Below, one piece after another: positions 12,201 to 27,200 of a stretch of 64,000 bases of DNA (position 1 is its first letter; each line of letters starts with the position of its first letter). Below the pieces are notes generated by a model. It worked only from the letters and a program-made list of their open reading frames with translations. It searched no databases and was not told the DNA's origin. This DNA is from Candidatus Porifericomitales bacterium (GTDB taxonomy: Bacteria; Pseudomonadota; Gammaproteobacteria; CBDEFV01): positions 157,169 to 221,168 of the forward strand of contig CBDEFV010000003.1 of assembly GCA_965237735.1 (NCBI GenBank), given 5' to 3'. Made by a program: the position numbers and the translations under genes.

Positions 12201-15200
12201 GCTGCGGGCGGGGACGGAAATGGAGACAATGCCGGCGGGCTGGTAGGCTATCAGAAGGGCGGCTCGATCACGGCGAGCTATGCCAGGGGCTCTGCCGATG
12301 GCGGGAGCGGCGGTGAAGACGAAGTTGGCAGGCTGATCGGCTTGCAGGGAGACGGTTCGATCTGGCAGAGTTATGGCTTTGGCGGGCTCATGGGCGGGGA
12401 GTCCGCGGGGGCGGATGGCGCTCCCCCCGTGTCCAGTGCCGCTGACTTGACCGCAACCCATGCCGGATCCTTCTGGAATACAGCCGGCAGCAACACCTTG
12501 GGCGCCTGGGATTTCGGCAGCGATGAGCAGTTCCCGGTGCTGAACTATGCCGACTATGACGGCGGGGGTGCGGCCTTCAACTGCAATCAGTTCCTTCCCG
12601 GCGCCTGCGGCACCCTCTTGCCGGGCCAGGCGGGCGTGAGCGCAGACGGCTCTTCGGCAGTGCCGGTCGGCGGCGCCGCTACCCTGAGCGGCTTGCTGTT
12701 CAGCCGCGTCGCCATCAGTTCCTGGCATTGGCGGCAACTGCAGGGTGCCACCGTCACCCTGAGGGGCGCCGACAGCCGCGAAGCAACCTTCTGGGCGCCG
12801 GAGAATCCTGCCACCCTGGTGTTCATGCTGACTGCTATCGATGGCGAAGGCCAGGTATACAGCGACCGTGTCACCCTCTTCGTCAGGGCTGAGTTCGCCG
12901 ATGAGGATGGAGATGGCCTGATCGAGATTCACGACCTGACCATGCTGCACAACATGCGCTACGACTTGGCGGGCCTGAGCTACAAAAGCAGTCCCGCCTC
13001 GGACGGGGACAGCTCGGGCTGTCCCTCCCTGCGCTGCATCGGCTATGAGTTAATGCAGCCCCTGGACTTTGATACCGATGGTGATGGAACCTGGTCGGGC
13101 GACAGCAGTGGGGGGTACAGTTTGGATGGGGCTGACAGCAGGGCGCCATACTTTGTGGTCAATTCCGCTGCCGGCGGCTGGCAGCCGATCGGCGACCGTG
13201 CCCATCCCTTTGCCGCCGTCTTTGACGGCAACGGCCACAGCATCGGCAACCTCGCCATCCGTCGTGATCAAGCCTCCGTCGGGCTCTTTGGCGTGATCGG
13301 AGAGGGAGCGGCCATCCGCAATCTCGGCCTGGTTGACAACCTGGCGGATTACACCGGCTCCGGAGATGTTGAGACTTTCATTGGCGGCTTGGTGGGGTGG
13401 CAGAACAGCGGTTCGATCACGGCGAGCTATGCCACGGGCGTGGCCGCTGGCGGGAGCGGAACTCGTGATTGGGTCGGCGGGCTGGTGGGCTTTCAGGAGG
13501 GCGGTTCGATCACGGCGAGCTATGCCACGGGAGCTGCCGATGGCGGGGGCAGCTACTTTGATCATGTCGGCGGGCTGGTGGGCTTGCAGGAGGGCGGTTC
13601 GATCAGGGCGAGCTATGCCACGGGAGCTGCCGATGGCGGGGATGGAGATTCTGACTCTGTCGGCGGGCTGGTGGGCTCTCAGAGGGGCGGTTCGATCACG
13701 GCGAGCTATGCCACGGGAGCTGCCGATGGCGGGGATGGAGTTAATGATCAGGTCGGCGGGCTGGTGGGCAGCAACCAGAGGGACCAGAGGGGTGGTTCGA
13801 TCACGGCGAGCTACGGTTTTGGCGTAGCGGCAGGCCGCGAAAGAGGCGGATCGGATGGCTCCAGGAAACCTCGAGGAGTCAGTACAGCGGCCCAGTTGAC
13901 CACGGCCAATGTCGGGGTGTCCTGGAATGCGGTCGCCAACAACACTTGGGGCGCCTGGGATTTCGGCAGCGATGAGCAGGTCCCGCTGCTGAACTATGCC
14001 GACTATGACGGCGGGGGTGCGGCCTTCAGCTGCAATCAGTTCCCTCCCGGCGCCTGCGGCACCCTCTTGCCGGGCCAGGCGGGCGTGAGCGCAGACGGCT
14101 CTTCGGCAGTGCCGGTCGGCGCCGCCGCTACCCTGAGCGGCTTGCTATTCGGCCGCGTCGCCATCAGTTCCTGGCATTGGCTCCAACTGCAGGGTCCCCC
14201 CGTCACCCTGAGGGACGCTGACAGCCGCGAAGCAACGTTCCTGGCGCCGGATCTTCCTGCCACCCTGGTATTCGTGCTGACCGCTATCGATGGCGAAGGC
14301 CAGGTATACAGCGACCGCGTCACCCTCTTCGTCAGGCTTGGGTTCGCCGATGAGGATGGAGATGGCCTGATCGAGATTCACGACCTGACCATGCTGCACA
14401 ACATGCGCTACGACCTGGCGGGCCTGAGCTACAAAAGCAGTCCCGCCTCGGTCGGGGACAGCTCGGGCTGTCCCTCCCCGCGCTGCATCGGCTATGAGTT
14501 AATGCAGCCCCTGGACTTTGATACCGATGGTGATGGAACCTGGTCGGGCGACAGCAGTGGGGGGTACAGTTTGGATGGGGATGACAGCAGGGCGCCATAC
14601 TTTGTGGTCAATTCCGCTGCCGGCGGCTGGCAGCCGATCGGCGACCGTGCCCATCCCTTTGCCGCCGTCTTTGACGGCAACGGCCACAGCATCGGCAACC
14701 TCGCCATCCGTCGTGATCAAGCCTCCGTCGGGCTCTTTGGCGTGATCGGAGAGGGAGCGGCCATCCGCAATCTCGGCCTGGTTGGCAACCTGGCGGATTA
14801 CACCGGCTCCAGCGATAATGAGATTTCCATTGGCGGCTTGGTGGGGAGGCAGAACAACAGTTCGATCACGGCGAGCTACGCCACGGGCGTGGCCGATGGT
14901 GGCCCCGGCAACAGTGATATTGTCGGCGGGCTGGTGGGCTATGCTGCTTACAGTTCAATCACGGCGAGCTATACCAAGGGAGACGTCGATGGCGGAATCG
15001 GCGACTATGATCGGGCTGGCGGGCTGGTGGGCTATGCTGCTTACAGTTCAATCACGGCGAGCTATGCCAGGGGCTCTGCCGATGGCGGGGTCGGCAACAG
15101 GGACAGTGTCGGCGGACTGGTGGGCAGGCAGGTGCATGGCTCGATCACGGCGAGTTACGCTACGGGAGTTGTCGATGGCGGGGTCGGCAACAGGGACATT

Positions 15201-18200
15201 GTCGGCGGACTGGTGGGCGTGAGGGCATTCAACTTGATCCGGCAGAGTTATGGCTTTGGCGGGCTCATGGGCGGGGAGATCGCGGGGGCGGATGGCGCTC
15301 CCCCCGTGCCCCGTGCCGCCGACTTGACCGCAACCCATGCCGGATCCTTCTGGAATGCAGCCGCCAACAACACCTTGGGGGCCTGGGATTTCGGCAGCGA
15401 TGAGCAGGTCCCGGTGCTGAACTATGCCGACTATGACGGCGGGGGTGCGGCCTTCAACTGCAAGCAGTTCCTTCCCGGCGCCTGCGGCACCCTGTTGCCG
15501 GGCCAGGGGGACCTGAGTGTGGGTGGCCCCCTGCAGTTCGGCGCAACCGCCACCCTGAGCGGCTCGCTCAGATTCGGCCGCGTCTCCATCAGCTCCTGGC
15601 ATTGGCGGCAACTGCAGGGTCCGACGGTGGCCCTGACAGAGGCGGACACGGCCACCCCGACCTTCAGAGTGCCGGCTCCCGGCGTCCCCCTGGTATTTGA
15701 GCTGACCGCCAGCGCCAGCGACGGCCGTGAATACAGGGATCGCATCACTTTGGTTGTCCTGTCTGACAGCGATGGAGATGGCCTGATCGAGATTCAGGAC
15801 CTGACCATGCTGCACAACATGCGCTACGACCTGGCGGGCACCAGCTACAGGACCAGCGCCGCGGCTGAGGGAAACCCCCTCGGCTGTCCTCAGGCGGGTT
15901 GTCACGGTTATGAATTGAACCGGGATCTGGACTTTGATACGGATGATGATGGAACCTGGTCAGGCGACAGCAGTGAGGGGTACAGTTTGGATGTGGAGGA
16001 CAGCAGGGCGCCGTACTTTGAGGTGAATGGCAACGGCGAAGGCGGCTGGCAGCCGATCGGCGAGGGTGTCGCTCCCTTTGTCGCTGTCTTTGAGGGCAAC
16101 GGCCACAGCATCGGCAACCTTGCCATCCGCCGCGATCAGACTCGTGTAGGGCTCTTTGGCGTGATCGGAGAGGGTGCGGCCATCCGCAATCTCGGCCTGG
16201 TTGACAACCTGGCGGATTACACCGGCTCCAGCGATGATGAGATTTCCATTGGCGGCTTGGTGGGCTGGCAGGGGAGCGGTTTGATCACGGCGAGCTATGC
16301 CACGGGCGTGGCCGATGGCGGCGATGGAAATGTTGACAGTGTCGGCGGGCTGGTGGGCCGGCAGGAGAGCGGTTTGATCACGGCGAGCTATGCCACGGGC
16401 GTGGCCGATGGCGGCGATGGAAATGTTGACAGTGTCGGCGGGCTGGTGGGCAACCAGAGGGGCGGTTCGATCACGGCGAGTTATGCCACGGGCGCTGCCG
16501 ATGGCGGGGATGGAGGTTTTGACAAGGTCGGCGGGCTGGTGGGCGAGCAGAGGGAGGGCGGTTCGATCACGGCGAGTTATGCCACGGGCGCTGCCGATGG
16601 CGGGGATGGAGATTTTGACAAGGTCGGCGGGCTGGTGGGCGAGCAGAGGGAGGGCGGTTCGATCACGGCGAGCTATGCCACGGGCGCTGCCGGTGGCGGG
16701 GGCGGAGGTGGTGATCGGGTCGGCGGCCTGGTGGGCCGGCAGGGGCAGGGCGGCGGCTCGATCACGGCGAGCTACGCCACAGGCGATGCCGACGGCGGGA
16801 AAGGAGGGGATGATGCGGCTGGCGGGCTGGTGGGTGAGCGGGGCACTGGGACGATCACGGTGAGTTATGGTTTTGGCGAGGCGATGGGCGAAGGGAATCA
16901 GGGGTCGGATGGCTCCCCCAAGCCCGCCGTACCCGGCGGGAGCGAGACGATCACGAGTGCGGCTCAGCTGACCGCAGAGGTGGCCGGCTCGGCCTGGAAC
17001 GCGGCCGACAGCTACACCCTCGGTGCTTGGGATTTCAGCGACGAGGGCCAGATTCCGGTGTTGAACTATGCCGACTATGATGGCGGGGATGCTGCTTTCA
17101 ACTGCAAGCAGTTTCTTCCCGGCGCCTGCGGCACCCTCTTGCCGGGCCAGGCTGATGTGAGCGTGGGGGCCCCACCGGCCCTGCAGTTCGGCGCAACCGC
17201 CACCCTGACCGGCTCGCTTGCATTTGGCCGCGTCTCCATCAGCTCCTGGCATTGGCGACAACTGCAGGGTCCGACGGTGGCCCTGACAGAGGCGGACACG
17301 GCCACCCCGACCTTCAGAGTGCCGGCTCCCGGCGTCCCTCTGGTATTTGAGCTGACCGCCAGCGCCAGCGATGGCCATGAATACAGGGAGCGCATCACTT
17401 TGGTTGTCCTGTCTGACAGCGATGGAGATGGCCTGATCGAGATTCAGGACCTGACCATGCTGCACAACATGCGCTACGACCTGGCGGGCACCAGTTACAG
17501 GACCAGCGCCACGGCTGAGGGAAACCCCCTCGGCTGTCCTCAGGCGGGTTGCCACGGTTATGAATTGATCCGGGACCTGAATTTTGATAGCGATGGCGAT
17601 GGAACCTGGTCAGGCGACAGCAGTGAGGGGTACAGTTTGGATGTGGAGGACAGCAGGGCGCCGTACTTTGAGGTGAATGGCAACGGCGAAGGCGGCTGGC
17701 AGCCGATCGGCGATTCCAGCCATCCCTTTGTCGCTGTCTTTGAGGGCAACGGCCACAGCATCGGCAACCTCGCCATCCGCCGCGATCAGATTCATGTAGG
17801 GCTCTTCGGTCGGATTGGAGAGGGTGCGGCCATCCGCAATCTCGGCCTGGTTGACAACCTGGCGGATTACACCGGCTCCAGCGATGATGAGATTTTCATT
17901 GGCGGCTTGGTGGGCTGGCAGGAGGTCGGTTTGATCACGGCGAGCTACGCCACGGGCGCTGCCGATGGCGGCGGCGGTAGAGACAGTGTCGGCGGACTGG
18001 TGGGCCTTCAGCGGGGCGGTATGATCACGGCGAGCTATGCCACGGGCGTGGCCGATGGCGGGGATGGCGCCTTTGATTGGGTCGGCGGACTGGTGGGCCT
18101 TCAGCGGGGCGGTATGATCACGGCGAGCTATGCCAGGGGCGCTGCCGGGGGCGGGGATGGATCGGGTGACCGGGTCGGCGGGCTGGTGGGCCAGCAGGAG

Positions 18201-21200
18201 AGAGGCTCGATCACGGCGAGCTACGCCACGGGCGCTGCCGATGGCGGCGGCGGCGATAGAGACAATGTCGGTGGGCTGGTGGGCCGGCAGACAGGCGGCT
18301 TGATCACGGCGAGCTATGCCACGGGCTCTGCCGGGGGCGGGGATGGATCGGGTGACCGGGTCGGCGGGCTGGTGGGCTTTAAGGAGAGCGGCTCGATCAC
18401 GGCGAGCTATGCCACGGGTGCTGCCGATGGCGGTATCGGCGGCGGTGATTATGCCGGTGGGCTGCTGGGACAGCGGACAGGCGGTTCGAGTATGCAGAGC
18501 TATGGCTATGGCGTGGCGACAGGCGAGTATGCCGGGTCGGATGGCCTTGCCAAACTTCGAGAAGTCAGCACAGCGGCTGCTCTGACTGCAGCCAATGCCG
18601 GGGCCTCCTGGAACAACGCCAGCAACAACACCTTGGGCGCCTGGGATTTCGGCACCGATGAGCAGGTTCCGGCGCTGAACTATGCCGACTATGACGGCCT
18701 TGGCGCCGTCTTCAACTGTGACCAGTTTCCCACCGGTGTCTGCGCCGCCGCCGCCCTGTTGCCGGGGCAGGCTGAGCTGAGCGCAGGCGACTCTTCCAGA
18801 GTGCTGTTCGGCGCCGCCGCCACCCTGACCGGCTCGCTTGCATTTGGCCGCGTCGCCATCAGGTCCTGGCATTGGCGGCAACTGCAGGGTCCCCCTGTCA
18901 CCCTGAGGAACGCCGACAGCCGCGAAGCAACCTTCTGGGCGCCGAATATCCCTGCCGCCCTGGTGTTCGTGCTGACTGCTATCGATGGCGAAGGCCAGGT
19001 ATACAGCGACCGCGTCATCCTCTTCACCGGTGCGGCTGAGTTCGCCGATGAGGATGGAAATGGCCTGATCGAGATCCACGACCTGACCATGCTGCACAAC
19101 ATGCGCTACGACCTGGCGGGCACCAGCTACAGGATCAGCGCCGAGGCTGGGGGAAACACCCTCGGCTGTCCTCAGGCGGGTTGCCACGGCTATGAATTGA
19201 ACCGGGACCTGGACTTTGATATCGATGACGATGGAACCTGGTCGGGCAACAGCAATGGGGTCTACAGCTTGGATGAGGATGACAGCAGGGCGCCATACTT
19301 TGTGGTCAATTCCGCTGCCGGCGGCTGGCAGCCGATTGGCGACAGCGCAAATCCCTTTGCCGCCGTCTTTGACGGCAACGGTTACAGCATCGGCAACCTC
19401 GCCATTCGCCGCGATCAACCTTATGTCGGGCTCTTTGGCGTGACTGGGGAGGGTGTGGCCATCCGCAACCTCGGCCTGGTTGACAACCTGGCGGATTACA
19501 CCGGCTCCAGCGATGGTGGGGTTTCCATTGGCGGGCTGGTGGGTTTTCAGAACAGCGGTTTGATCACGGCGAGCTACGCCACGGGCCCTGTCGATGGCGG
19601 GGTCGGCGATGATAATGTCGGCGGACTGGTGGGCCGGCAGGCAGGCGGTTTGATCACGGCGAGCTACGCCACGGGCCCTGTCGATGGCGGGGTCGGCGAT
19701 GATAATGTCGGCGGACTGGTGGGCCGGCAGGCAGGCGGCTTGATCACGGCGAGCTACGCCACGGGCCCTGTCGATGGCGGGGGCGGGGTCGGCGATGATA
19801 ATGTCGGCGGGCTGGTGGGCCTGGCAGAATTCGGTTCGATCACGGCGAGCTACGCCACGGGCCCTGTCGATGGCGGGGGCGGGGTCGGCGATGATAATGT
19901 CGGCGGGCTGGTGGGCTGGCAGGAGGAAGGCGGCTCGATCACGGCGAGCTACGCCACGGGCGAGGTCGATGGCGGGGATGGTTCTGACAACGTCGGCGGG
20001 CTGGTGGGTTTTCAGTATGGTTCGATCACGGCGAGCTATGCCAGGGGAGACGTCGATGGCGGGGATGGAGCTGGTGACTGGGTCGGCAGGCTGGTGGGCT
20101 TGCGGTCTGACGGTTCTCTGATCACGGAGAGCTACGGTTTTGGCGTGGTGGCAGGCGAAAGAGTCGGATCGGATGGCTCCAGGAAACCTCGAGGAGCCCG
20201 TGCAGCGGCCCAGTTGACCACGGCCAATGTCGGGGCGTCCTGGAATGCGGCCGCCAACAACACCTTGGGCGCCTGGGATTTCGGCACCGATGAGCAGGTC
20301 CCGGCGTTGAACTATGCCGACTATGACGGCCCTGGCGCCGTCTTCAACTGTGGCCGGTTCCCCACCGCTGTTTGCGACCGTGCCACTCTGTTGCCGGGCC
20401 AGGCCGACCAGGCCGACCTGAGCGCAGGCGCCGCTTCCAGAGTGCAGTTCGGCGCCGCCGCCACCCTGACCGGTTCGCTTGCATTTGGCCGCGTCGCCAT
20501 CAGTTCCTGGTATTGGCGGCAACTGCAGGGTCCCCCCGTCATTCTGAGGGGCGCCGACCGCCGCGAAGCAACCTTCCTGGCGCCGGAGAGCCCTGCCGCC
20601 CTGGAGTTCGTGCTGACCGCTGTCGATGACGGAGGCCAGCAATACAGCGACCGCGTCACCCTGTTGGTTGTGGCTGAGATCGTCGATGAGGATGGAGATG
20701 GCCTGATCGAGATTGACGATCTCACCATGCTGCACAACATGCGCTTCAACATGAAAGGGACGAGCTACAAAACCAGCGCCGCCTCGGCCGGGAACAGCTC
20801 GGGCTGTCCCGCCGGGCACTGCGTCGGCTATGAGTTGGTGCAGCACCTCAACTTTGATACTGATGGCGGTGGAACCTGGTCGGGCACCAGCAGTGAGGGG
20901 TACATTTTGGATGTGCATGACAGCAGGGCGCCATACTTTGTGGTCAATTCCGCTGCCGGCGGCTGGCAGCCGATCGGCGACCGTGCCAATCCTTTTGCCG
21001 CCGTCTTTGACGGCAACGGCTACAGCATCGGCAACCTCGCCATCCGTCGTGATCAAGCCTCCATCGGGTTCTTTGGCGTGATCGGAGAGGGTGCGGCCAT
21101 CCGCAATCTCGGCCTGGTTGACAACCTGGCGGATTACACCGGCTCCAGCGATGGTGAGATTTCCATTGGCGGCTTGGTGGGGCGGCAGAGCAGTGGTGCA

Positions 21201-24200
21201 ATCAGCGCGAGCTACGCCAGCGGCGCCGCCGTTGGCGGGAGCGGATCTCGTGATCGGGTCGGCGGGCTGGTGGGCTGGCAGGCAGGCGGATCGATCACGG
21301 AGCAGAGCTACGCCACGGGCACTGCCGATGGCGGCGGCGGCATCTATGATGAGGTCGGCGGGCTGGTGGGACGGCAGTCAGGCGGCTTGATCACGGCGAG
21401 CTATGCCAGGGGCACTGCCGATGGCGGGGATGGCTATCGAGATTTTGTCGGCGGGCTGGTGGGCCGGCAGTGGGATGGCTCGATCGTGGCGAGCTACGCA
21501 ACGGGCGCTGCCGATGGCGGGGGCGGAACTCATGATGAAGTCGGCGGGCTGGTGGGCCGGCAGGAAGGCGGCTCGATCACGGCGAGCTATGCCAAGGGCG
21601 ATGCCGATGGCGGGGACGACGCCTATGATAGTGTCGGCGGGCTGGTGGGCGTGCAGGAAGGCGGCTCGATCACGGCGAGCTATGCCACGGGCGCTGCCGA
21701 TGGCGGGGTCGGCAACGGGGACAGCGCCGGCGGACTGGTGGGCTGGCAGTTGGATGGCTCGATCACGGCGAGCCATGCCACGGGCGATGCCAATGGCGGG
21801 GGCGGAAGCGAGGACCATGCCAGCAGGCTGGTGGGACAGCAGACAGGCGGCTCGATCTTGCAGAGCTATGGCTTTGGCGGGCTGATCGGCTGGGAGTTCA
21901 CGGTGGCGGAGCGCCCTCCCCCCGTGTCCGATGCCGCCGAGTTGACCGCAACCCATGCCGGATATTCCTGGAATGCAGCCGCCAACAACACCTTGGGCGC
22001 CTGGGATTTTGGTAGAGCCCAGTTTCCGCTACTGAGCAGAGCCCAGGTTCCGGTACTGAACTATGCCGACTATGATGGTGAGGGTGCTGCCTTCAACTGC
22101 AACCAGTTCCTTCCCGGCGCCTGCGGCACCCTGTTGCCGGGCCAGGCTGGCGTGAGCGCGGACGGCTCTTCTGCAGTGCAGGTCAACGCCTACGTTACCC
22201 TGAGCGGCTTGCTGTTCGGCCTCGGCCGCGGCCGCGTTGCCATCAGCTCCTGGCATTGGCGGCAACTGCAGGGTCCCACCGTCGTCCTGGGGAATGCCGA
22301 CAGACGCCAAGCAGTCTTCCGGGCGCCGTCGATCTCTACCATCCTGGTGTTCATGGTGACCGCGATCGATGACGAAGGCCAGCAATACAGCGACCGCGTC
22401 ACCCTCTTCGTTGAGGAGACTGAGATCGTCGATGAGGATGGAGATGGCCTGATCGAGATTCACGACCTGGCCATGCTGCACAACATGCGCTACGATCTGG
22501 CGGGCGGAAGCTACAAAACCAGTGCCGCCGCGGTCGGGAACAGCTCGGGCTGTCCCGCCCTGCGCTGCATCGGCTATGAGTTGGTGCAGCCCCTCGACTT
22601 TGATACGGATGATGATGGAACCTGGTCGGGCGGCAGCAGTGAGGGGTACAGTTTGGATGGGGATGACAGCATGGCGCCGTACTTTGAGGTGAATGGAGAC
22701 GGCGAAGGCGGCTGGCTGCCGATCGGCGATGGCGTCGCTCCCTTTGTCGCTGTCTTTGAGGGCAACGGTCACCGCATCGGCAACCTCGCCATCCGCCGCG
22801 ATCAATCTCATCTCGGGCTCTTTGGCGCCTTGGGAGAGGGTGCGGCCATCCGCAATCTCGGCCTGGTCGGCAACCTGGCGGATTACACCGGTGCCAGCGA
22901 TGAGCAGACGTTCATTGGCGGCTTGGCGGGCGGGCAGCAGATGGGCACAATCAGCGCCAGCTACGCCACGGGCCCTGTCGTTGGCGGGGATGGCCGCTCT
23001 TCTGATAGTGTCGGCGGGCTGGTGGGCCGGCAGCAGATGGGCACAATCAGCGCCAGCTACGCCACGGGCCCTGTCGTTGGCGGGGATGGTTCTGACAGCG
23101 TCGGCGGGCTGGTGGGCCGGCAGGAAGGCGGCTCGATCACGGAGAGCTACGCCACGGGCGAGGTCGATGGCGGGGATGGTTCTGACAGCGTCGGCGGGCT
23201 GGTGGGCTGGCAGGAGGAAGGCGGCTCGATCACGGCGAGCTATGCCAGGGGAGACGTCGATGGCGGAATTGGCGACGATGATCGGGTCGGCGGGCTGGTG
23301 GGCTTGCAGTATGGCTCGATCACGGCGAGCTATGCCAGGGGAGACGTCGATGGCGGAATTGGCGACAATGATCGGGTCGGCGGGCTGGTGGGCTTTCAGT
23401 ATGGCTCGATCACGGCGAGCTATGCCAGGGGCGAGGTCGATGGCGGAATTGGCGACAATGATCGGGTCGGCGGGCTGGTGGGCTTTCAGTATGGCTCGAT
23501 CACGGCGAGCTATGCCAGGGGCGAGGTCGATGGGGGGGACGGCGGTGGAGACACAATTGGCAGGCTGATCGGCTTGCAGGGAGGCCGCTCGATCTGGCAG
23601 AGTTATGGCTTTGGCGGGCTCATGGGCGGGGAGTCCGCGGGGGTGGATGGCGTTCCCCCCGTGTCCAGTGCCGCCGACTTGACCGCAACCCATGCCGGAT
23701 CCTCTTGGAATGCAGCCGCCAACAACACCTTGGGCGCCTGGGATTTCGGCAGCGATGAGCAGGTCCCGGTGCTGAACTATGCCGACTATGACGGCGAGGG
23801 TGCGGCCTTCAACTGCAACCAGTTCCTTCCCGGCGCCTGCGGCACCCTGTTGCCGGGCCAGGATGAGGTGAGCGCAGGCGACTCTTCTACATTGCTGTTC
23901 GGCGCCGCCGCCACCCTGACCGGTTCGCTCAGATTTGGCCGCGTCGCCATCAGCTCCTGGCATTGGCGGCAACTGCAGGGTCCGACGGTGGCCCTGACAG
24001 ACGCGGACACGGCCACCCCGACCTTCAGAGTGCCGGCTTCCGACGTCCCTCTGGTATTTGAGCTGACCGCCACCGCCGGCGACGGCCGTGAATACAGGGC
24101 TCGCATCACTTTGGTTGTCCTGTCTGACAGCGATGGAGATGGCCTGATCGAGATTCACGACCTGACCATGCTGCACAACATGCGCTACGATCTGGCGGGC

Positions 24201-27200
24201 AGAAGCTACAAAACCAGTGCCGCCTCGGTCGGGAACAGCTCGGGTTGTCCCGACCGGGGCTGCATCGGCTATGAGTTGGTGCAGCCCCTCGACTTTGATA
24301 CGGATGCTGATGGAACCTGGTCGGGCGACAGCAGTGAGGGGTACAGTTTGGATGTGAATGACAGCAGGGCGCCGTACTTTGTGGTGGATTCCGCTGCCGG
24401 CGGCTGGCTGCCGATCGGCGACGGAGCCCATCCTTTTGTCGCCGTCTTTGACGGCAACGGCTACAGCATCGGCAACCTCGCCATCCGCCGCGATCAATCT
24501 CATATCGGGCTCTTTGGCGCCTTGGGAGGGGGTGCGGCCATCCGCAATCTCGGCCTGGTCGGCAACCTGTCGGATTACACCGGCTCCAGCGCTGATGGGA
24601 CTTTTATTGGCGGCTTGGCGGGCGGGCAGCAGAGGGGCACAATCAGCGCCAGCTACGCCACGGGTCCTACCGCTGGCGGGGATGGCGGCTCTGATCGGGT
24701 CGGCGGGCTGGTGGGCCGGCAGGCGGACGGATCGATCACGGAGAGCTACGCCACCGGCCATGCCGATGGCGGGGGCGGAGAGAATGACCTCGTTGGCGGG
24801 CTGGTGGGCTTGCAGGAAGGCGGCTCGATTACGGCGAGCTACGCCACCGGCGATGCCGATGGCGGGGGCGAAGGGAATGACTTTGTTGGCGGGCTGGTGG
24901 GCCGGCAGGAAGGCGGCTCGATTACGGCGAGCTACGCCACCGGCGATGCCGATGGCGGGGGCGAAGGGAATGACTTTGTTGGCGGGCTGGTGGGCCGGCA
25001 GGAAGGCGGCTCGATTACGGCGAGCTACGCCACCGGCGATGCCGATGGCGGGGATGGCGACGGCGATGTCACCGGCGGGCTGGTGGGCTTGCAGGAAGGC
25101 GGCTCGATCGTGGCGAGCTACGCCAGAGGCAATGTCGATGGCGGGGGCGGCTATGATTGGGTCGGCGGGCTGGTGGGCCGGCAGGAAGGCGGCTTGATCA
25201 TGGCGAGCCATGCTGCGGCAGCTGTCGATGGCGGAATGGGCTGGTCTGATCGGGTTGGCGGGCTGGTGGGCTTGCAGAGAAGTGGTTTGATCATAGCGAG
25301 CTATGCTACGGGAGACGTCGATGGCGGAGCCGGCTGGTCTGATCAGGTTGGCGGGCTGGTGGGCCGGCAGGAAGGCGGCTCGATCGTGGCGAGCTATGCC
25401 ACCGGCGAGGTCGCGGGCGGGGACGGAGATGAAGACAAGGCCGGCGGGCTGGTAGGCTATCAGGAGAACGGCTCGATCACGGCGAGCTATGCCACGGGCG
25501 CTGCCGATGGCGGGAGCGGCAATGGAGACGAAGTTGGCAGGCTGATCGGCTTGCAGGGAGGCGGCTCGATCTGGCAGAGTTATGGCTTTGGCGGGTTCAT
25601 GGGCGGGGAGTCCGCGGGGGCGGATGGCGCTCCCCCCGTGTCCGGTGCCGCCGACTTGACCGCAACCCATGCCGCATCCTCCTGGAATGCGGCCGGCAGC
25701 AACACCTTGGGCGCCTGGGATTTCGGCACCAATGAGCAGTTCCCGGTGCTGAACTATGCCGACTATGACGGCGAGGGTGCGGCCTTCAACTGCAACCAGT
25801 TCCTTCCCGGCGCCTGCGGCACCCTGTTGCCGGGCCAGGGGGACCTGAGCGCCGGCGACTCTTCTACATTGCTGTTCGGCGCCGCCGCCACCCTGACCGG
25901 TTCGTTCAGGTTCGGCCGCGTCGCCGTCAGCTCCTGGCATTGGCGGCAACTGCAGGGTCCCCCCGTCACCCTGAGGGACGCCGACAGCCGCGAAGCAACC
26001 TTCTGGGTGCCGAATATCCTGGCCACCCTGGTGTTCATGCTGACTGCTGTCGATGGCGAAGGCCAGGTATACAGCGCCCGCGTCACCCTCTTCGTCAGGC
26101 CTGAGTTCGCCGATGAGGATGGAGATGGCCTGATCGAGATTCACAACCTGACCATGCTGCACAACATGCGCTACGATCTGGCGGGCAGAAGCTACAAAAG
26201 CAGTGCCGCCTCGGTCGGGGACAGCTCGGGCTGTCCCGCCTTGGGTTGCTTCGGCTATGAGTTGGTGCAGCCCCTCGACTTTGATACGGATGATGATGGA
26301 ACCTGGTCGGGCGGCAGCAGTGAGGGGTACAGTTTGGATGGAGATGACAGCATGGCGCCGTACTTTGAGGTGAATGGAGACGGCGAAGGCGGCTGGCGGC
26401 CGATCGGCGACGAAGCCAACCCTTTTGCCGCCGTCTTTGAGGGCAACGGCCACCGCATCGGCAACCTCGCCATCCGCCGTGATCAAGCCTCCATCGGGCT
26501 CTTTGGCGTGATCGGAGAGGGTGCGGCCATCGGCAACCTCGGCCTGGTCGACAACCTGGCGGATTACACCGGCTCCAGCGATGGTGAGATTTCCATTGGC
26601 GGCTTGGTGGGGCGGCAGAACAGCGGTTTGATCACGGCGAGCTATGCCACGGGCGCTGCCGATGGCGGGAGCGGATCTCGTGATCGGGTCGGCGGGCTGG
26701 TGGGCTGGCAGGCAGGCGGATCGATCACGGAGCAGAGCTACGCCACGGGCACTGCCGATGGCGGGGACGGCTTCTATGATGAGGTCGGCGGGCTGGTGGG
26801 CCGGAAGGCAGGCGGCTTGATCACGGCGAGCTATGCCAGGGGCGATGCCGATGGCGGGGATGGCTATCAAGACTTTGTCGGCGGGCTGGTGGGCCGGCAG
26901 TGGGATGGCTCGATCGTGGCGAGCTACGCAACGGGCGCTGCCGCTGGCGGGGGCGGAGCTCATGATGAAGTCGGCGGGCTGGTGGGCTCGCAGGTTGAGG
27001 GATCGATCGTGGCGAGCTACGCTACGGGCACTGCCGATGGCGGGGACGGCTTCTATGATGAGGTCGGCGGGCTGGTGGGCTCTCAGGAGGGCGGTTCGAT
27101 CACGGCGAGCTATGCCAGGGGCGATGCCGATGGCGGGGTCGACAACGGGGACAGCGCCGGCGGACTGGTGGGCTTGCAGTTGGATGGCTCGATCACGGCG